Below are positions 1 through 13,160 of a DNA stretch of 64,000 nucleotides, one piece after another; position 1 is the stretch's first letter; every line of letters starts with the position of its first letter. The stretch spans positions 74,462,001-74,526,000 of the forward strand of contig OX597817.1 in the NCBI GenBank assembly GCA_951406725.2, in the 5' to 3' direction. Position numbers and translations under genes: made by a program. The notes under the pieces are model-generated. The model made no database searches. It saw only the letters and a list, made by a program, of their open reading frames with translations, and had not been told where the DNA came from. The DNA comes from Octopus vulgaris (taxonomy: Eukaryota).

Positions 1-1112
1 ATAACAGTTGCTACCCAAGGACAAAAATTGTTTCACACAGTGTAATATATTATTATCTCCTTGTGGAATCAAAAGTTTCTCATTAATATCAACTACAACT
101 AAGACAAGAAACTTAACTCTTTTTTCTTCCTTATACATTACTGGGAATAAACTGACAAGAGTGAAATATTTTAATGATAGCATGCTAAATTAATGACCAG
201 TTTACATGATTTATTACATTTCCAAATCTGAAAGAAAATAATCATTTTCTGCAAAGGAAATTCTATTAGTAACACAACTCTGAGTGGCAGTTGTCTTTGA
301 TCTCATGAGAAAACAAAAATATTATTATTGATGGCAGTGGAGACAGCATATGACCAATTTCTTGTTGAGGATATTTTCAGCTTCTGAAACTCTGGAGTCA
401 TTTATTCATACAAGTTCAATTGCCATAGCATTCTGTCTTCAAAGTCCCAGTATTTATAGCATATTTTACTGAGATGTTTAGAGGCCTTTCAAGTTGAAGA
501 GAGATACCAGTTCTAAAGTCTGTTGAGTTCTACTTTGAAACCTTCTCTTAGTGAGTGATGAGGAATGACTTGGCTATTGGTAGGATTTGAACTCAGCTCA
601 TAAAGAGCCAGAACATTTACCACAAGGCATTTTGTTTGATCACTAACAGTTCTGCCAATCCACTGTTCTTGACTTGTACTTTATCAACTCCAAAAGTATA
701 TGAGGCAAAGTTGTTCTCAACAAGTTTTGAACTCAGAGGACAGGGAACCAGAACAAATAATAGCACAAAGCATTGTACCCATTTCTCTTATAACTCAGTC
801 TCTCTGTCCCTATCAGATATTATTATGAGCAAATCTATTGAGGTAGTGAGCTGGCAGAATTGCTAGCATGCTGGACAAAATGCTGGATAGCATTTTGATC
901 ATTTTTATGTCAACTTTGCCTTTCATCTTTTCGGGCTCAATAAAACAGGCACCATTTGAGTTAATGTAATCAACTATCTCCTTTCCTTAAAATTTCAGAC
1001 CTTGTGTTTATAGTAGAAAGTTTATGACTAAATGTATTTATATGATTGATTCATTTTTGTGTCAGTAAACATCTTTAGTCTTGCTATGAAATTAAAGAAA
1101 GCCAGTAATTAA

Positions 1113-1340
1113 CTCTTTAGCATTCAAACTGGCCAAATCCAACCAAAATAATCTACTTGTTTTATCTTCAAACTGGCTAGATCCAGCCTCTCACACTTTT
1201 ACACTTCCCCTACAATATTATCCTAAAAATAAACAATCATATCGTTGAAATCTCAAAGCTGCAAAGTAATGCATGACTAATTTGTATCAGTGTGAATAAT
1301 TCAGTATAACATTTGATAAAGTAATCTAAATGCTAATAAG
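1113..1340. mobile_element. piggyBac-like MITE, family A (degenerate)
   Basis: TTAA flanks, C(T)CTTTAGCATT...AATGCTAA termini. Same family at 2332, 20681, ~30882 and ~43914. Confidence 0.6.
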
Positions 1341-2331
1341 TTAAAGCACAAGGCCAATTTTAGTGATTGAGGTGGGGCAGGATATTGTGAACTGAATGAA
1401 TTTCAACAAAATCATTGGTATTTAAGAGGATAAAATGCATGATTATTACTGGTTGGGATTTGAACTAAGAACCAAGGAGATTGAAACTAGGAAGCTGTCA
1501 TTGTACATTTTTCAGAAAGACTAATTTTATTTTACTAGACCAAACCTTACTGGAGAGGAGCAATAGTCCACTGAATTTATTACTGTCTAAAACCAGGTTT
1601 TAATTTATCAATGCCAAGACAAAGATAAACTCGGTGGGATTTGAGGGACAAAACAACATATGTTGTTTTATACAATACTTTTGATGTGTCAGCTACTTCT
1701 ATTGTTCTCTTCTCAATTATATATAAGTATGGTTTTGTTTTCTTTTTCTTTTTTCATTTGCATACACCCACACATTTTTAGGGGAGAGGGGTGAAGCTAA
1801 TAGAACTGATTCCAGAATATGACTGGTAGATAATTTAATCATCTCCAAAAGAATGAAAGAAATTGAAATTTGAATTCAGAATGTAAAGGGACGTAACTCA
1901 ATACAACAAGATATTTTGTCAATCATTCTACCATTTCAGCCCTCCATCATGCTAAAAAATATTAGTTTCTGGCTTTGGCATAAATCAGAAATTTGAAGAA
2001 AGGAACAGTGAAAGAAATAAACTTAATATCTAACTAGTACTTGTTCTATCAACCACAGAACAGTGAATGGTAATAATAAACCCTATCAGGTTTTGAACAC
2101 AGAACATATAGGAACTGCAAGATATTTGGTCCAACAATATACTTATTCTGAAATCCAACTCCCTTACCACCTTTATAAATTGGAGAGGTTAATATAAACA
2201 TGGGTTGTGGATTGTCACTTGTCTGTCCACACAAATCAATTTGTCTGCTCGCTGGCAAGCCACGTCACTGATCACAGCTGATGGTCTTCCACTGCATGGT
2301 TTGTCTTTAGTGTTGTTTTTTCCTTCTTTAA

Positions 2332-3104
2332 CCCTTTAGCATTCAGGTTACTCTGTCAAATGTCACTCACATTCTGTTGGTTATGATAACGAGGGTTCTA
2401 GTCGATCCAATCAACAGGAACAGCCTGCTCATGAAATTAACGTGCAAGTAGCTGAGCACTCCTTTCTACTATAGGCACAAGACCTGAAATTTGGTGGGAG
2501 GGGACCAGTCGATTAAATCGACACCAGTTTGCAACTGGTACTTAATTTATTGACCCTGAAAGGATGAAAGGCAAAGTCGACCTCGGTGGAATTTGAACTC
2601 AGAACATAGTGGCAGACGAAATACTGCTAAGCATTTCGCCTGACGTGCTAACAATTCTGCCTGCTCACCACCTGAGCACTCCACAGACATGCGTACTCTT
2701 AATGAAGTTCTCTGGGAGATTCAGCATGACACAGAATGTGACAATGTCGATCTTTTAAAATCCAGGTACTACTCATTTTTGTCTGCTGAGTGGACTGGAA
2801 CAACATGAAGTAAAGTGTCTTGCTCAAGGACAGAAGACACTGCCAGGAATAGAACTCATGACCATAAGGTCATGAGCTGAATACCCTAACCACTAAGCCT
2901 TCACTCTGTCAAATGTAATGCTTATTTATTCACATTGTTTTGAATTAATCTTGCATAATCTCGTAGCTTCAATATTTTGATGATGTGACAGTATAATTTT
3001 AGAATGACATTGTAGGATAAGTGTGAGAAGTTGGATCTTGCTGGTTTGAACATAAAACAGGTAAAATATTTGGGCTGGATACATCTGATTTAAATGCTAA
3101 AAAG
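2332..3104. mobile_element. piggyBac-like MITE family A carrying two nested SINEs
   Basis: TTAA|CCCTTTAGCATT...AATGCTAAAAAG|TTAA. Outer SINE bounded by TSD ACTCTGTCAAATGT (2350-2363/2903-2916); inner SINE bounded by TSD CTGAGCACTCC (2452-2462/2672-2682). Confidence 0.75.
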
Positions 3105-3498
3105 TTAAACTTCATTTATCCATGCACTTTGCTCTTGTTAACAATGTTATCTCCATAAACAAACTATAACCTTCTGCGGATATCAGATAGCCTGTAACCC
3201 ACCTTTTTCAAGAATTATATGAAGGCATGTCACTTCTGCTTGGGACTCATTATTTGCAGGCAATGAAGAAGAATAGATAAAAGAGTTACTATAGAAGTAG
3301 AGATACTCTATCAATATGTGCAATTTTAATAACTTATGTCAGTTTGTTAAAAGTACTGAATGCATAAATGAGTTTACATACCTATTGATAGATGAAAATG
3401 TTTAAAATACTTTCTGATAAAAAAGCTTGACCTCATTAATATAATAAGTATGAATTTATGTCTATATACATATGTTTTTAACTGATATTCATGCACAG

Positions 3499-3578
3499 GG
3501 ACCTTTCAAGCTGAGAAAGAAGAGGTGATTTTTGGTCTGGTTTCACCCATCAACACGTTTGAACCTTTTACAGTACAG
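3499..3578 (+). CDS. AGMO: Alkylglycerol monooxygenase, internal exon (first in window; 5' exons lie outside the window)
   Basis: cag|GG...CAG|gtaagg. Translates (G)TFQAEKEEVIFGLVSPINTFEPFTVQ, matching the recalled AGMO segment GTFEAENEKVVYGLTHPINTFEPIKVQ. Phase 1 to 0. Confidence 0.9.
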
Positions 3579-4968
3579 GTAAGGGTTTCTTTGTGGTTGT
3601 TGTCGGCAGTACTCCATGTCTATCTGCCATCTGTCCACAGGCCATCTGCCAACTGTCCACTGTCTGTCTGCCATCTGTCCACCATCAATCTGCTGTCTTG
3701 TTTATGCTATGTCTCAATGTTCTCTCTGCTGCATCCCAAAGCTCTTGTCAAGTTGTCAAAGTTTGCCGAATTTATATTAATGGATAGACTCAGAAGGAAG
3801 CACTCCAAAAAATGGTCCTCTGTCTGCTTTGGCATGATTCCTATAGATGGATCCCTTCCTAAGGCCAACCACTTGACAGAGTGTACTAGCTGCTTTTTAT
3901 ACACTTATACATGCCATGTAAAAGCACTCAATCCATTCTGAAAGGAAGTTAGTGTTAGGAAGGCCATCCAGAGATAAAAACAATGTCAAAACAGACACAG
4001 TAGCCTGCTGTAAGTCTTCTACCTGGCTGGCTCCTGTCAAACCATCCAACCCATGCCAGCATAGAAGGTGAACGTTGAATGATGATGATGATGATGATGA
4101 TGATGATAATGATGATGATGATGATATATGAGAAATTGTTTCAGGGTTTCAAAACGCACCTGAATCTAAAACATGTAGTTATTTTAAAATTTTGTAACAG
4201 ATTTATTCAAATACCAAACCGGTTTTGACAATGTTTTGTTTATCAATGACAAAAATAAAAATATGAATAAGAAAAGAGTTTAGGAAAGTTTAAAGTCACA
4301 AGGGAGATAGACAGTAAAATAAGTTCAAATGTTCAATGAAGTTCATAACAGTCACATAACTGAAAGTTCAGTAATATTGAGTTATATTAACAATTAGATA
4401 CAATGAGCTTTTTAAGAAGAGTAAGAGAAAAAAATAGAGGGAAAGAAAAAAATTTATTTGCAATTTCTGTCGTGCATGGTTTTGCTGGTAAGAGTTCAAA
4501 ATATTTTACATTAAAATTGCTTTGTGAGTGTGTGTGTGTGTGTGTTTTATGATATAAAGGATCAAGTTCTGATTGTTTTTCTCCATTTGGCTGGCCACCT
4601 TAATATGTCATAAATGTTTTGGTCAAATATTTATATCTTTGCAAAGTCCAGCATTTGGGCTGGTTGACTTTCTGGTGACATCATTTGTTTGTTGAACCTT
4701 TTGATCCTAGTTAAAATCCAGTGATCTGGTTGGTTGACTTTCTCATTTTATTGTTGTCAAAGGACTTGGTAAATTGTTTTTGTTAGTTTTCCAGTGTTCC
4801 AGTTGACTGATTCCCTTATAAAGCTATCAGTTCAGTGGACTCAATGCTTATTTGTTTTTTCCTGAGTTTTGACCTGAAAACAATCTCATTGGTTCAGTGA
4901 AGGGTGACATCAGTGACTGCTGTTTGACAAGGTGTATGTCTATATATGTGTGTGTATGTGTATGTATA

Positions 4969-5032
<64 letters not shown>

Positions 5033-5159
5033 TATATGTATGTATGTATACAGACACACACATACATACATACATACATACATACACACACAAACACACA
5101 CATACTCACACACACATGCAAAAACACACACACATATATATATCTTTTATCTTTTATTT

Positions 5160-5520
5160 TGTACTTGTTTCAGTCATTTGACTGTGGCCATGGTGGCGAT
5201 CCACCTTGAAGGGTATTAGTCAAACAAATCAGCCCTAGGTCTTATTTTTTTGAAGCCTAGTACTTATTCTATCAGTCACTTCAGCTGAACCGCTAAGTGA
5301 AGGGTATGTAAACACACCACCACCAGTTGTCAAGCAGTGGGTGGGAGACAAACACAGACACAGAGATACACACACATGGATTTATACATATATATACGAT
5401 GGGCTTCTTTCAGTTTCTGTCTACCAAATCCACTTACAAGGCTTTTGGTCAGCCTAAGGCTATATATAGCAGAAGACACTTACCCAAGGTGCCACACAGT
5501 GGGATTGAACCCAGAACCAT
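5160..5520 (-). mobile_element. tRNA-derived CORE-type SINE (octopus OR-like)
   Basis: Minus strand shows B-box GGTTCAATCCC and CCTTGGGTAAGTGTCT core. Similar copies near 6740-7100, 15576-16210, 16430-16690 and 24200-24810. Confidence 0.65.
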
Positions 5521-5649
5521 ATATATATATATATATATAAAATTTTGGTCCAAGTCACTCTCTTGCAACTCTGAGGTGATACTTAGAGAAGCAAGAGATT
5601 GATTCAACTAAAATAAAATATATCATTAATCTCTACAATGATATTGAGT

Positions 5650-5968
5650 GTAGAGGCACATGGCCTAGTGGTTAGAGCAGCGGACTCACAGTCGAGAGGT
5701 CACGGATTTGAATCTCAGACCGGGCAATGTGTGTGTTTATGAGCGAAACACCTAAGCTCCATGTGGATCCAGTAGAAAGTAATGGTGAACTTCTGCTGAC
5801 TCTTTCGCCACAACTTTCTCTCACTCTCTCCTCCTGCATCTTGCAGCTCACCTGCAACAGACCAGCGTCCTGTCCAGGTGGGGAACCTATATGCCAAGGA
5901 AACTGAGAAACTGGCCCTTATGAGCCAGGTGTGGCTCAAGAAGGAACAAAGTAAAAACTAAAAAAAAA
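5650..5968 (+). mobile_element. tRNA-headed SINE with A-rich tail
   Basis: A-box TGGCCTAGTGG, degenerate B-box, A tail; TSD AAT(G/A)ATATTGAGT at 5637-5649/5969-5981. Confidence 0.75.
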
Positions 5969-6228
5969 AATAATATTGAGTACTTACCTTTTCAAAAGTT
6001 AACAATAAACGCACACACACAATGGGCTTGCACACTAGTTTCCATCTACCAAATTCACCTCACAAAGCACAGATCAGCCCAGGTGCCATGCAACGGGAGT
6101 GAACCCAAAACCATAGGTTTTCAAAGTGAGTTTCTGAACGTCACAGCTCATTTTTCCATTTTGCTTTGTTTTGCTTTTTTTTTTTTCGTTTTCTTAGGAA
6201 TTAATTATTTCTTTATATTTACATATAG

Positions 6229-6348
6229 GTTTGCTACTGGAAGCATCTTTGGGAGAACTGGCGACAAGGACGAAGCCTATTGAATGTTCTATTAAGAGGC
6301 CCAGGATGGGTTCCAGGACAAGACCCAAACGAATGCCACATACCTGAG
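6229..6348 (+). CDS. AGMO: AGMO internal exon
   Basis: tag|GTT...GAG|gtaagt, 120 nt, phase 0-0. VCYWKHLWENWRQGRSLLNVLLRGPGWVPGQDPNECHIPE contains the AGMO GPGWxPG...IPE motif. Confidence 0.9.
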
Positions 6349-6646
6349 GTAAGTATTTTAGATTTAGGCAGAAATGAAGTTTGGTGTAAATGATTTGGTT
6401 TTCCATTTTTAGTAGAAAGAAAATAAGATATAAACTTAAGTATTGATGTTGTTGTAGTTGTTTAGCACCAAATCAGCTCTGATCTAGTAGCAAACCACAT
6501 TTCAAAAATGTTTTAGGCATGATCAGTCATCTAATTTCAGATATAATATATAAAAAGGGAGGGAAATGAACAACAGGTAGATGAAAGGTGGAGAGGTCAG
6601 GGATATGATGTGTAGGGGTAGCAGCAAATGTAATGTTGGAAGGATG

Positions 6647-6714
<68 letters not shown>

Positions 6715-7111
6715 TATATATCTTTTTATCTTCTACTTGTTTTCACCCCAGTACTTTTTTTAAAGCTTGGTAATTATTCTATTATTCTTTTTTTCTGAAC
6801 TGCTAAGTTACAGTGATATAAACACACCAGCACTGGTTGCCAAGCAGTGTGGAGAGATAAACACAGACACAAACACACACACACGTGCACACACACACAC
6901 GTGCACACGTGCACACGCACACACACATATATTTACATATATGCAACAGGCTTCTTTCAGTTTCTTTCTATGAAATCCACTCACAAGGCTACGGTCAGCC
7001 CGAAGCTATGGTAGAAGACACTCACCCAAAGTGTCATGCAATAGCACTGAACCCTGAATCATGTCATTGGGAAGCAAGCTTCTTACCATACAACTATGCC
7101 TGCATCTATAC

Positions 7112-7166
<55 letters not shown>

Positions 7167-7250
7167 TAGGTCCCGGGTTGAGTCGGGGTTAACCACAGTA
7201 AATAAGGTACTCAATACATAGCAGAGTAAATTAATTTATTATATAGAAGG

Positions 7251-7301
7251 AGCTTCTACAGGACTAGAACTGTTTCATTCAAAAGAAATCATCAGGAAGC
7301 T
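7251..7301 (-). ncRNA. Minimal type I hammerhead ribozyme motif (Penelope-like element associated)
   Basis: Minus strand AGCUUC-CUGAUGA-UUUCUUUUGAAU-GAAAC-AGUUCUAGUCCU-GUA-GAAGCU. Intact CUGANGA and GAAA boxes, 6-bp stem I, ACAG/CUGU stem III, GUA cleavage triplet, weak stem II. Confidence 0.7.
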
Positions 7302-7519
7302 AGTAGACAAGAGTTGTTTTGGCATTTATACATTTAGGCAGGTTTAAATGGGTGGTGGTGGAGGACTTTTTTGGGGGTAGGCATGGCGCAAAACTATCAT
7401 TATTAGGGGAGTGGTCAAAGGAATCGGTGGTAAAGTAGATAAAAGAATAAATAAAAGAATAAAAGAATAAATAGAAAAATAGAGTTTTAGGTAAGTAAGG
7501 AGACTCTCACTTGTACATC

Positions 7520-7556
<37 letters not shown>

Positions 7557-9269
7557 CCACATATTCACATATATCTATATATATACATACATACACATAT
7601 ATACATACATATATATTTATATATACATACATATACATATACATATATATATTCATATATATACACACACCCATGTACATACACACAAATACACATATAC
7701 ATACATATATATACATATATGTATACACACTCGCACATATATATACATACACACATATACACATGCATATACATGCACACACATACACACACATTTTTAT
7801 TCCCTTATTTTAATTTTATTATTACTTTTGTTTATATCTTTATTTTTATCTTGACCTCGGTCAGCCGGTCTCAAGGGATGGTCTAAAGAGTCCATTTATC
7901 TATCTACTCACTGATACGAACGCAAACACTCACTCACGCCCACACACTCACACGTACACTCATACCCATACACACACGCACGTGTTATATTCATACATAC
8001 ATACATCTACATACATTCACGTATATTCACATACGTACACGTACCTACTGATTCATATCTACACGCATACACATACATACCTCAATACACCCACAGAAGA
8101 CTAGTCCATACATATACATATATATATACATATATATACATATAAATATACATACACATATACATTCATACATATATACACATACACACATATATATATA
8201 TGCGTACACATACACACACACATACACGCGCATCTATATATACACATAAGTACATACATGCTTAAATGTATACATATGTTTATACATCTGCATACACATC
8301 CACACACACACACGCCTCCTTATGTTCATAAATACATACATGCATACAGACATATACATATATACATACATGCATACTCAAATAATAATAATAATAAATA
8401 TAATAAATATATATACATGCAGTTACCCATTATACAGACGGATACATACATATAAACATACACATATATACCTATTTACACATATGTATATATACATACA
8501 TACATACGCACATAACTCTACATACTAGATCAGACTGGAGCCTGGTGCAGCCTCCTGGCTTCCCAGACTCGGATCGAACCATCCAACCCATGCTAGCATG
8601 GAAAACGGACATTAAACGATGATGATGATGATGATTTATCCGGATGAAAATTTACTTCTTCCACTGGGGAAGACCAGTTTATAGGATTACCTTAAGCTTC
8701 CCGTCCATATATATATATATATGTGTGTGTATAATATATACATGCATTCGGAAGGGCATCCAGTTCTATGAACCATGCCAAAGCAGACATTGGAGTTCAA
8801 TACAGTCCTTTAGCTCATCAGTTCATGTCAAACCATTCAACTCATGCTAACATAGAAAAGGGGATGTTAACTGATGATGATAATGACAGTAGGTTATGTA
8901 GTGGAGTAATAGTATGAAGCGTTTTATTCTATTCAAAGCTATGCTACAGAAGAAGAGAAATCTAATGTTTTAGGCAATACCCATGAAATACATGCCTTTG
9001 ATTCAATTCATTTGGCAGGTTCTGAAGAATTTAGTAAAATAACATTGTCTGAGATGTAAATTGCCATGAGATTTGGGAGTTTTTTGTTTTTTTATACTTA
9101 AATCACTTTACATCAGGAAGTTTGTAATGTAGAACAAGGGGAAGTTTCATGCAGGGTGATTTCAAAACAGTCGAGTATTATGATGCCTACTATTTCTAGA
9201 AGGTTGAATGACCACATATTGGCTTCTCATGTCACAGCAATTGCCCATCTACTTTTGATAAACATTGAT

Positions 9270-9712
9270 GACTGGCACCCGTGCCAGTAGAGCGCTAACA
9301 GCTCCATCCGAGTGGGATCACTGCCACAGCAGCTGTCTGGCTTCTGTGCCAGTGGCACAGAAAAGGCACCATTCGAGCATGATTGTTACCAGCGTCACCT
9401 TACTGACACTTGTGCCAGTGGCGCGTGAACAAAACATTCAAGTGAGGTCGTTGCCAGTACCGCTGAACTGACTCCTGCGCAGGTGGCATGTAAAAAAACC
9501 ACCATTTGAGCGTGGCCGTTGCCAGTACCGCCAGACTGGCACATAAAAGCACCCACTACACTCTCGGAGTGGTTGGCGTTAGGAAGGGCATTCAGCTGTA
9601 GAAACTCTGCCAGATCAGATTGGAGCCTGGTGCAACCATCTGCTCCGCCAGTCCTCAGTTAAATCGTCCAACCCATGCTAGCATGGAAAGCAGACGTTAA
9701 ACAATGATGATG
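9270..9712 (+). mobile_element. 5'-truncated RTE-type 3' UTR / tail element
   Basis: Repeated GTGCCAGTGGCAC modules, GGTTGGCGTTAGGAAGGGCATT motif and (GAT)n tail. Same family at 8527, 24440, 26024, 38228, 54469 and 59143. Confidence 0.7.
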
Positions 9713-11074
9713 GTACTGGTGTATGATGCAAGAAATTTAATACAAAATACCAGGGTGAGAACTTCAAGTTAGCATTGTACACATGTATGTGAGCAAAGAG
9801 GATACATTTTATTAATAATTTTTAGGTATAATAAGTGAGTTGCATTGTATTTAGGAATTATATTGTGCTTAAGTAATTACAGTAATGGTTATAAATAATT
9901 AAACAAATGTATGAGTGTGTACTTCTCTTTGTGTGTAATATTCTTTTTGTCTGTGTGTGCCTTTGTATATATTTGCATATTTCATTTACTCATCTTTGTT
10001 TCTGTTCAGAATAATAATGTAAAAGAATTGCTAATTAAATAGGCAATGGCTTGACATGAATCAGAAATTTAATTAATTGATACCTTTACTGCACCAAATG
10101 GGAAGCCTGTATGGTTGTTCAACATGCTAGAAATAACAGCCAAAACATTCTTCTATATCATACCTGCTATCTTAAAAAAGGAAAGATACACTTAATAATG
10201 TAGTTCAAGATACATAATGCCTGAAAAAAGCAAAAAAAAAAACAAGATTATCACAGTCTGAAGGATTATCACAGAGCTGAAATGGAGCTAAACAACAACA
10301 GCCATCTGGCTTTGAATTACCATCTCCTGTTCTAATAATGGTGGTGGCATCACAAGAACAGTTTCAATCTTTCAACTTAACCAAGAAAGTGGGTGGTTAA
10401 GATGTTTGTGTCCTAACCTCATGGTTTTGGGTTCAGTCCCAGTATAGTCTCTTCAGTAAGTATCTTCTACTATAACCCTTGACCATCCAAAGCCTGGTGA
10501 GTGGATTTGGTAGACAGAAATTGAAAGTAGCTTGTTTTATATATATCTCTTAGCCTCACCAACTGAGTTTCCTTGCTGAAGAGGTTTAATAAGGCTGAAA
10601 CATGTCAGCTGCTTTCCCCAGTTGGCTTTAATGACCAGATCAACTCCAATTTGTATTGTCCTTATTTTCCAAAAATTTCAAACCAACTGATCTTAGAGTT
10701 ACTTCCTTTGCTTTTTTTTATTTTTAAATTTTAAACACTCCATAGCAGGATTTTTGGCCAACTAATTACCTGGTTAACCACAGTTAGTTAAATTGATTTA
10801 ATTCACTGCATTACATCTGTGAGACTCTACCCTATTTGTTCACAGATGTATCCTGCTATGACTACGTGGAAAATACATTGCAAGGTTTACTCATTTCCAT
10901 TAATATGTCAAGAGACAACCTTAACATTTTTAGAGGATAAAGGGATTCATGTCATATGTCATTCATACCATTTGCATGAGCAGTAGAGGTGTATATCTAT
11001 TGTGCAAATACAATAAAATAGCATTCTGAAGTAACCACTATTTTTCCTATCTCTTTTTCTTTTATCCCTCTTAG

Positions 11075-11191
11075 GTAGAACGTCCAGCGCGGAAGTACAC
11101 CACAGAAGTTTCCAACTTGTGCAGTATATATGTTTTACTCCACTTTACGGCAGTTACATATTTCTTCCTAACAATTTTGAGTGTTAACCAT
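11075..11191 (+). CDS. AGMO: AGMO internal exon (transmembrane segment)
   Basis: Polypyrimidine tract + tag|GTA...CAT|gtaagt, 117 nt, phase 0-0. VERPARKYTTEVSNLCSIYVLLHFTAVTYFFLTILSVNH. Confidence 0.85.
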
Positions 11192-12161
11192 GTAAGTTTT
11201 CTCTCATCATATTTCATTACTAAACAAAAAGAAAAAAAAATCATGGTATTTACTGTATAGTTTAGTAGTTATAATATGAAGTTTCTTATTCTAATCACAG
11301 CTATGACATAAAAGAAGAGAAATCTAATGTTTTAGGTAGTATCCTTTAAATACTTGTCTTTGAGTCAATTCATTTGGGAAATTCTGAAGAATTTAGTAAA
11401 ACAACTTTGTTTGAGACATAAATTAGCATGCAATTTTGAAGTTTTTATTTACATCACTTTAAATTAGGAAGTTTGTAAAATCCAATCAGTGGCAGATTCA
11501 TGCAGGATGGTCACAAAGAGTTAAGTATTATAATACCTTATTCTTTTTGCTTATTCTTTTTGCTTAATTCTGAAGAGTTAGTAAGATTGTCCAACTGTGA
11601 AGCAACACGAACAGGATCAATAAAACGAGCTCCAATACAAGACTTGTATGTTATTTTATGGAAGTCAGAAAGATGAAAAGTAAAGCTGACCTCATTAATA
11701 TTAATATTAATAACCTATGTAAGGTGGCAAACTGATGGAATCATTAGCACAACAGGCAAAATTCTGAACAGGATTTCATCCATATGTATGTTCTGAGTTC
11801 AAATTCTACCAAGGTCGACTTTGCCTTTCATCCTTTTGAGGTCAATAAGATAAGTACCAATTAAGCACTGGGGTCAATGAAGTCAATTTAACCCCTCCCC
11901 CGAACTTGCTGGCCAAAATTTTAAACCAATATTAATAACTTACTTAAGGCAGTGAGCAGGCAGAATTATTAGAATGCCAGGCAGAATGCTTAGCAGCATT
12001 TCACCCATCTTTGTACTGAGTTCAAATGTTGCAGAAGCCAACTTTGCCTTTCATCCTTTTGGAGTCGATAAAATAAGCACCTGTTGAACACTGGGATCAA
12101 TGTAATCAACTTAACCCCTCTCCTGAAATTTTGGGTCTGGTACCAAAATTTGAAATAAATA

Positions 12162-12683
12162 CTGTAAATCCTCGAGTATAGTCCGCCCTTGAGTATAATA
12201 CGCAGGGGCTTTTTAGTGGGCTGTACCTCTGAAAAACCTAAACCTTGTGTATAATACGCACTGCTTCTCTAACTTGAGTCATGCATAATTAAGCCAGCAG
12301 CACCCAGTCGAACAAACACTTCCATGCATGCGTAATATAATAATGGTGATGTTCTTGTTATATGGGTATGTAAATATGTTTGCAAATTGCTTTTGTTACA
12401 TGTTATTCTGTGTTCTGAATACTTTTATTTTAATAAATGTTGCTTACTGCAAGTTATGGATGATTCTTTTATTACTTCATTGCTTTCAGGCTTAGCTTAA
12501 GGTATTTTCATGCCCGACATCACAAAATGCATCTGAATAAACATTGCCGGACAGCAAATAGAGACTTGGACGGACATTACTTAGAAAATACTTTTAATTT
12601 TTAACCTCATATACAGTACGCACTAGGCATTTTGATCTTTAAATTTTAGGGAAAAAGTGTGGATTATACTCGAGGATTTACAG
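12162..12683. mobile_element. Non-autonomous Tc1/mariner (pogo/Tc2-type) element
   Basis: TA|CTGTAAATCCTCGAGTATA...TATACTCGAGGATTTACAG|TA: 19-bp perfect TIR core and TA TSD; no ORF. Confidence 0.85.
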
Positions 12684-12716
12684 TAATAATAACCTGCCTT
12701 CTTTTATTCTTTCTAG

Positions 12717-12799
12717 TTGATGCCACAAGAATCTGTTCTAGCAGTTTTGGTATTCATTATATATTCTTTATCCTGTTTTGGTAATATCTTTGACCAAAG
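12717..12799 (+). CDS. AGMO: AGMO internal exon (transmembrane segment)
   Basis: ctag|TTG...AAAG|gtaagt, 83 nt, phase 0-2. LMPQESVLAVLVFIIYSLSCFGNIFDQ(R); the hydrophobic stretch ending G.xxDQR fits the AGMO C-terminal domain. Confidence 0.85.
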
Positions 12800-13160
12800 G
12801 TAAGTTGATGTAAAAGTTTACTTCTTATTGTTATTAATATTTAAGCTTAATCACCATGGGTATCAGCCCTGTGAGATACAAGTAATCAATCAAACAACTA
12901 TGCATGATCCACAGAAACTGTATTCCAGATATTCTATGCTTCTGTTTGGTTCAGAACAGAACCACAGTAAAAATGCTCTTATACACAGTGGCAATTGTTG
13001 TTTAGCCCAAAGCCAGATATGATCAAAAATGCACTCTAGCTGCAAACATTGAATATATTTCGCTTTTCAAATACATTGTATCTAAGACCAGATTTTCTAG
13101 TACTCTTTTTTTTTCTTTGCGGAAACAAGTGTGATCTGAGGGAGATTTTGTTGCATTTCT

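Noticed and set aside
3579-3941. Continuation of ORF 3525-3941 beyond the AGMO exon
   Set aside because: After the GT donor at 3579 it reads through degenerate CTGCCATCTGTCCAC repeats and RTE-tail sequence.
5650-5725. tRNA gene candidates (also ~50755-50826 and the SINE heads)
   Set aside because: The tRNA-like heads run into SINE bodies with tails and TSDs, and the cloverleaf and B-box are degenerate.
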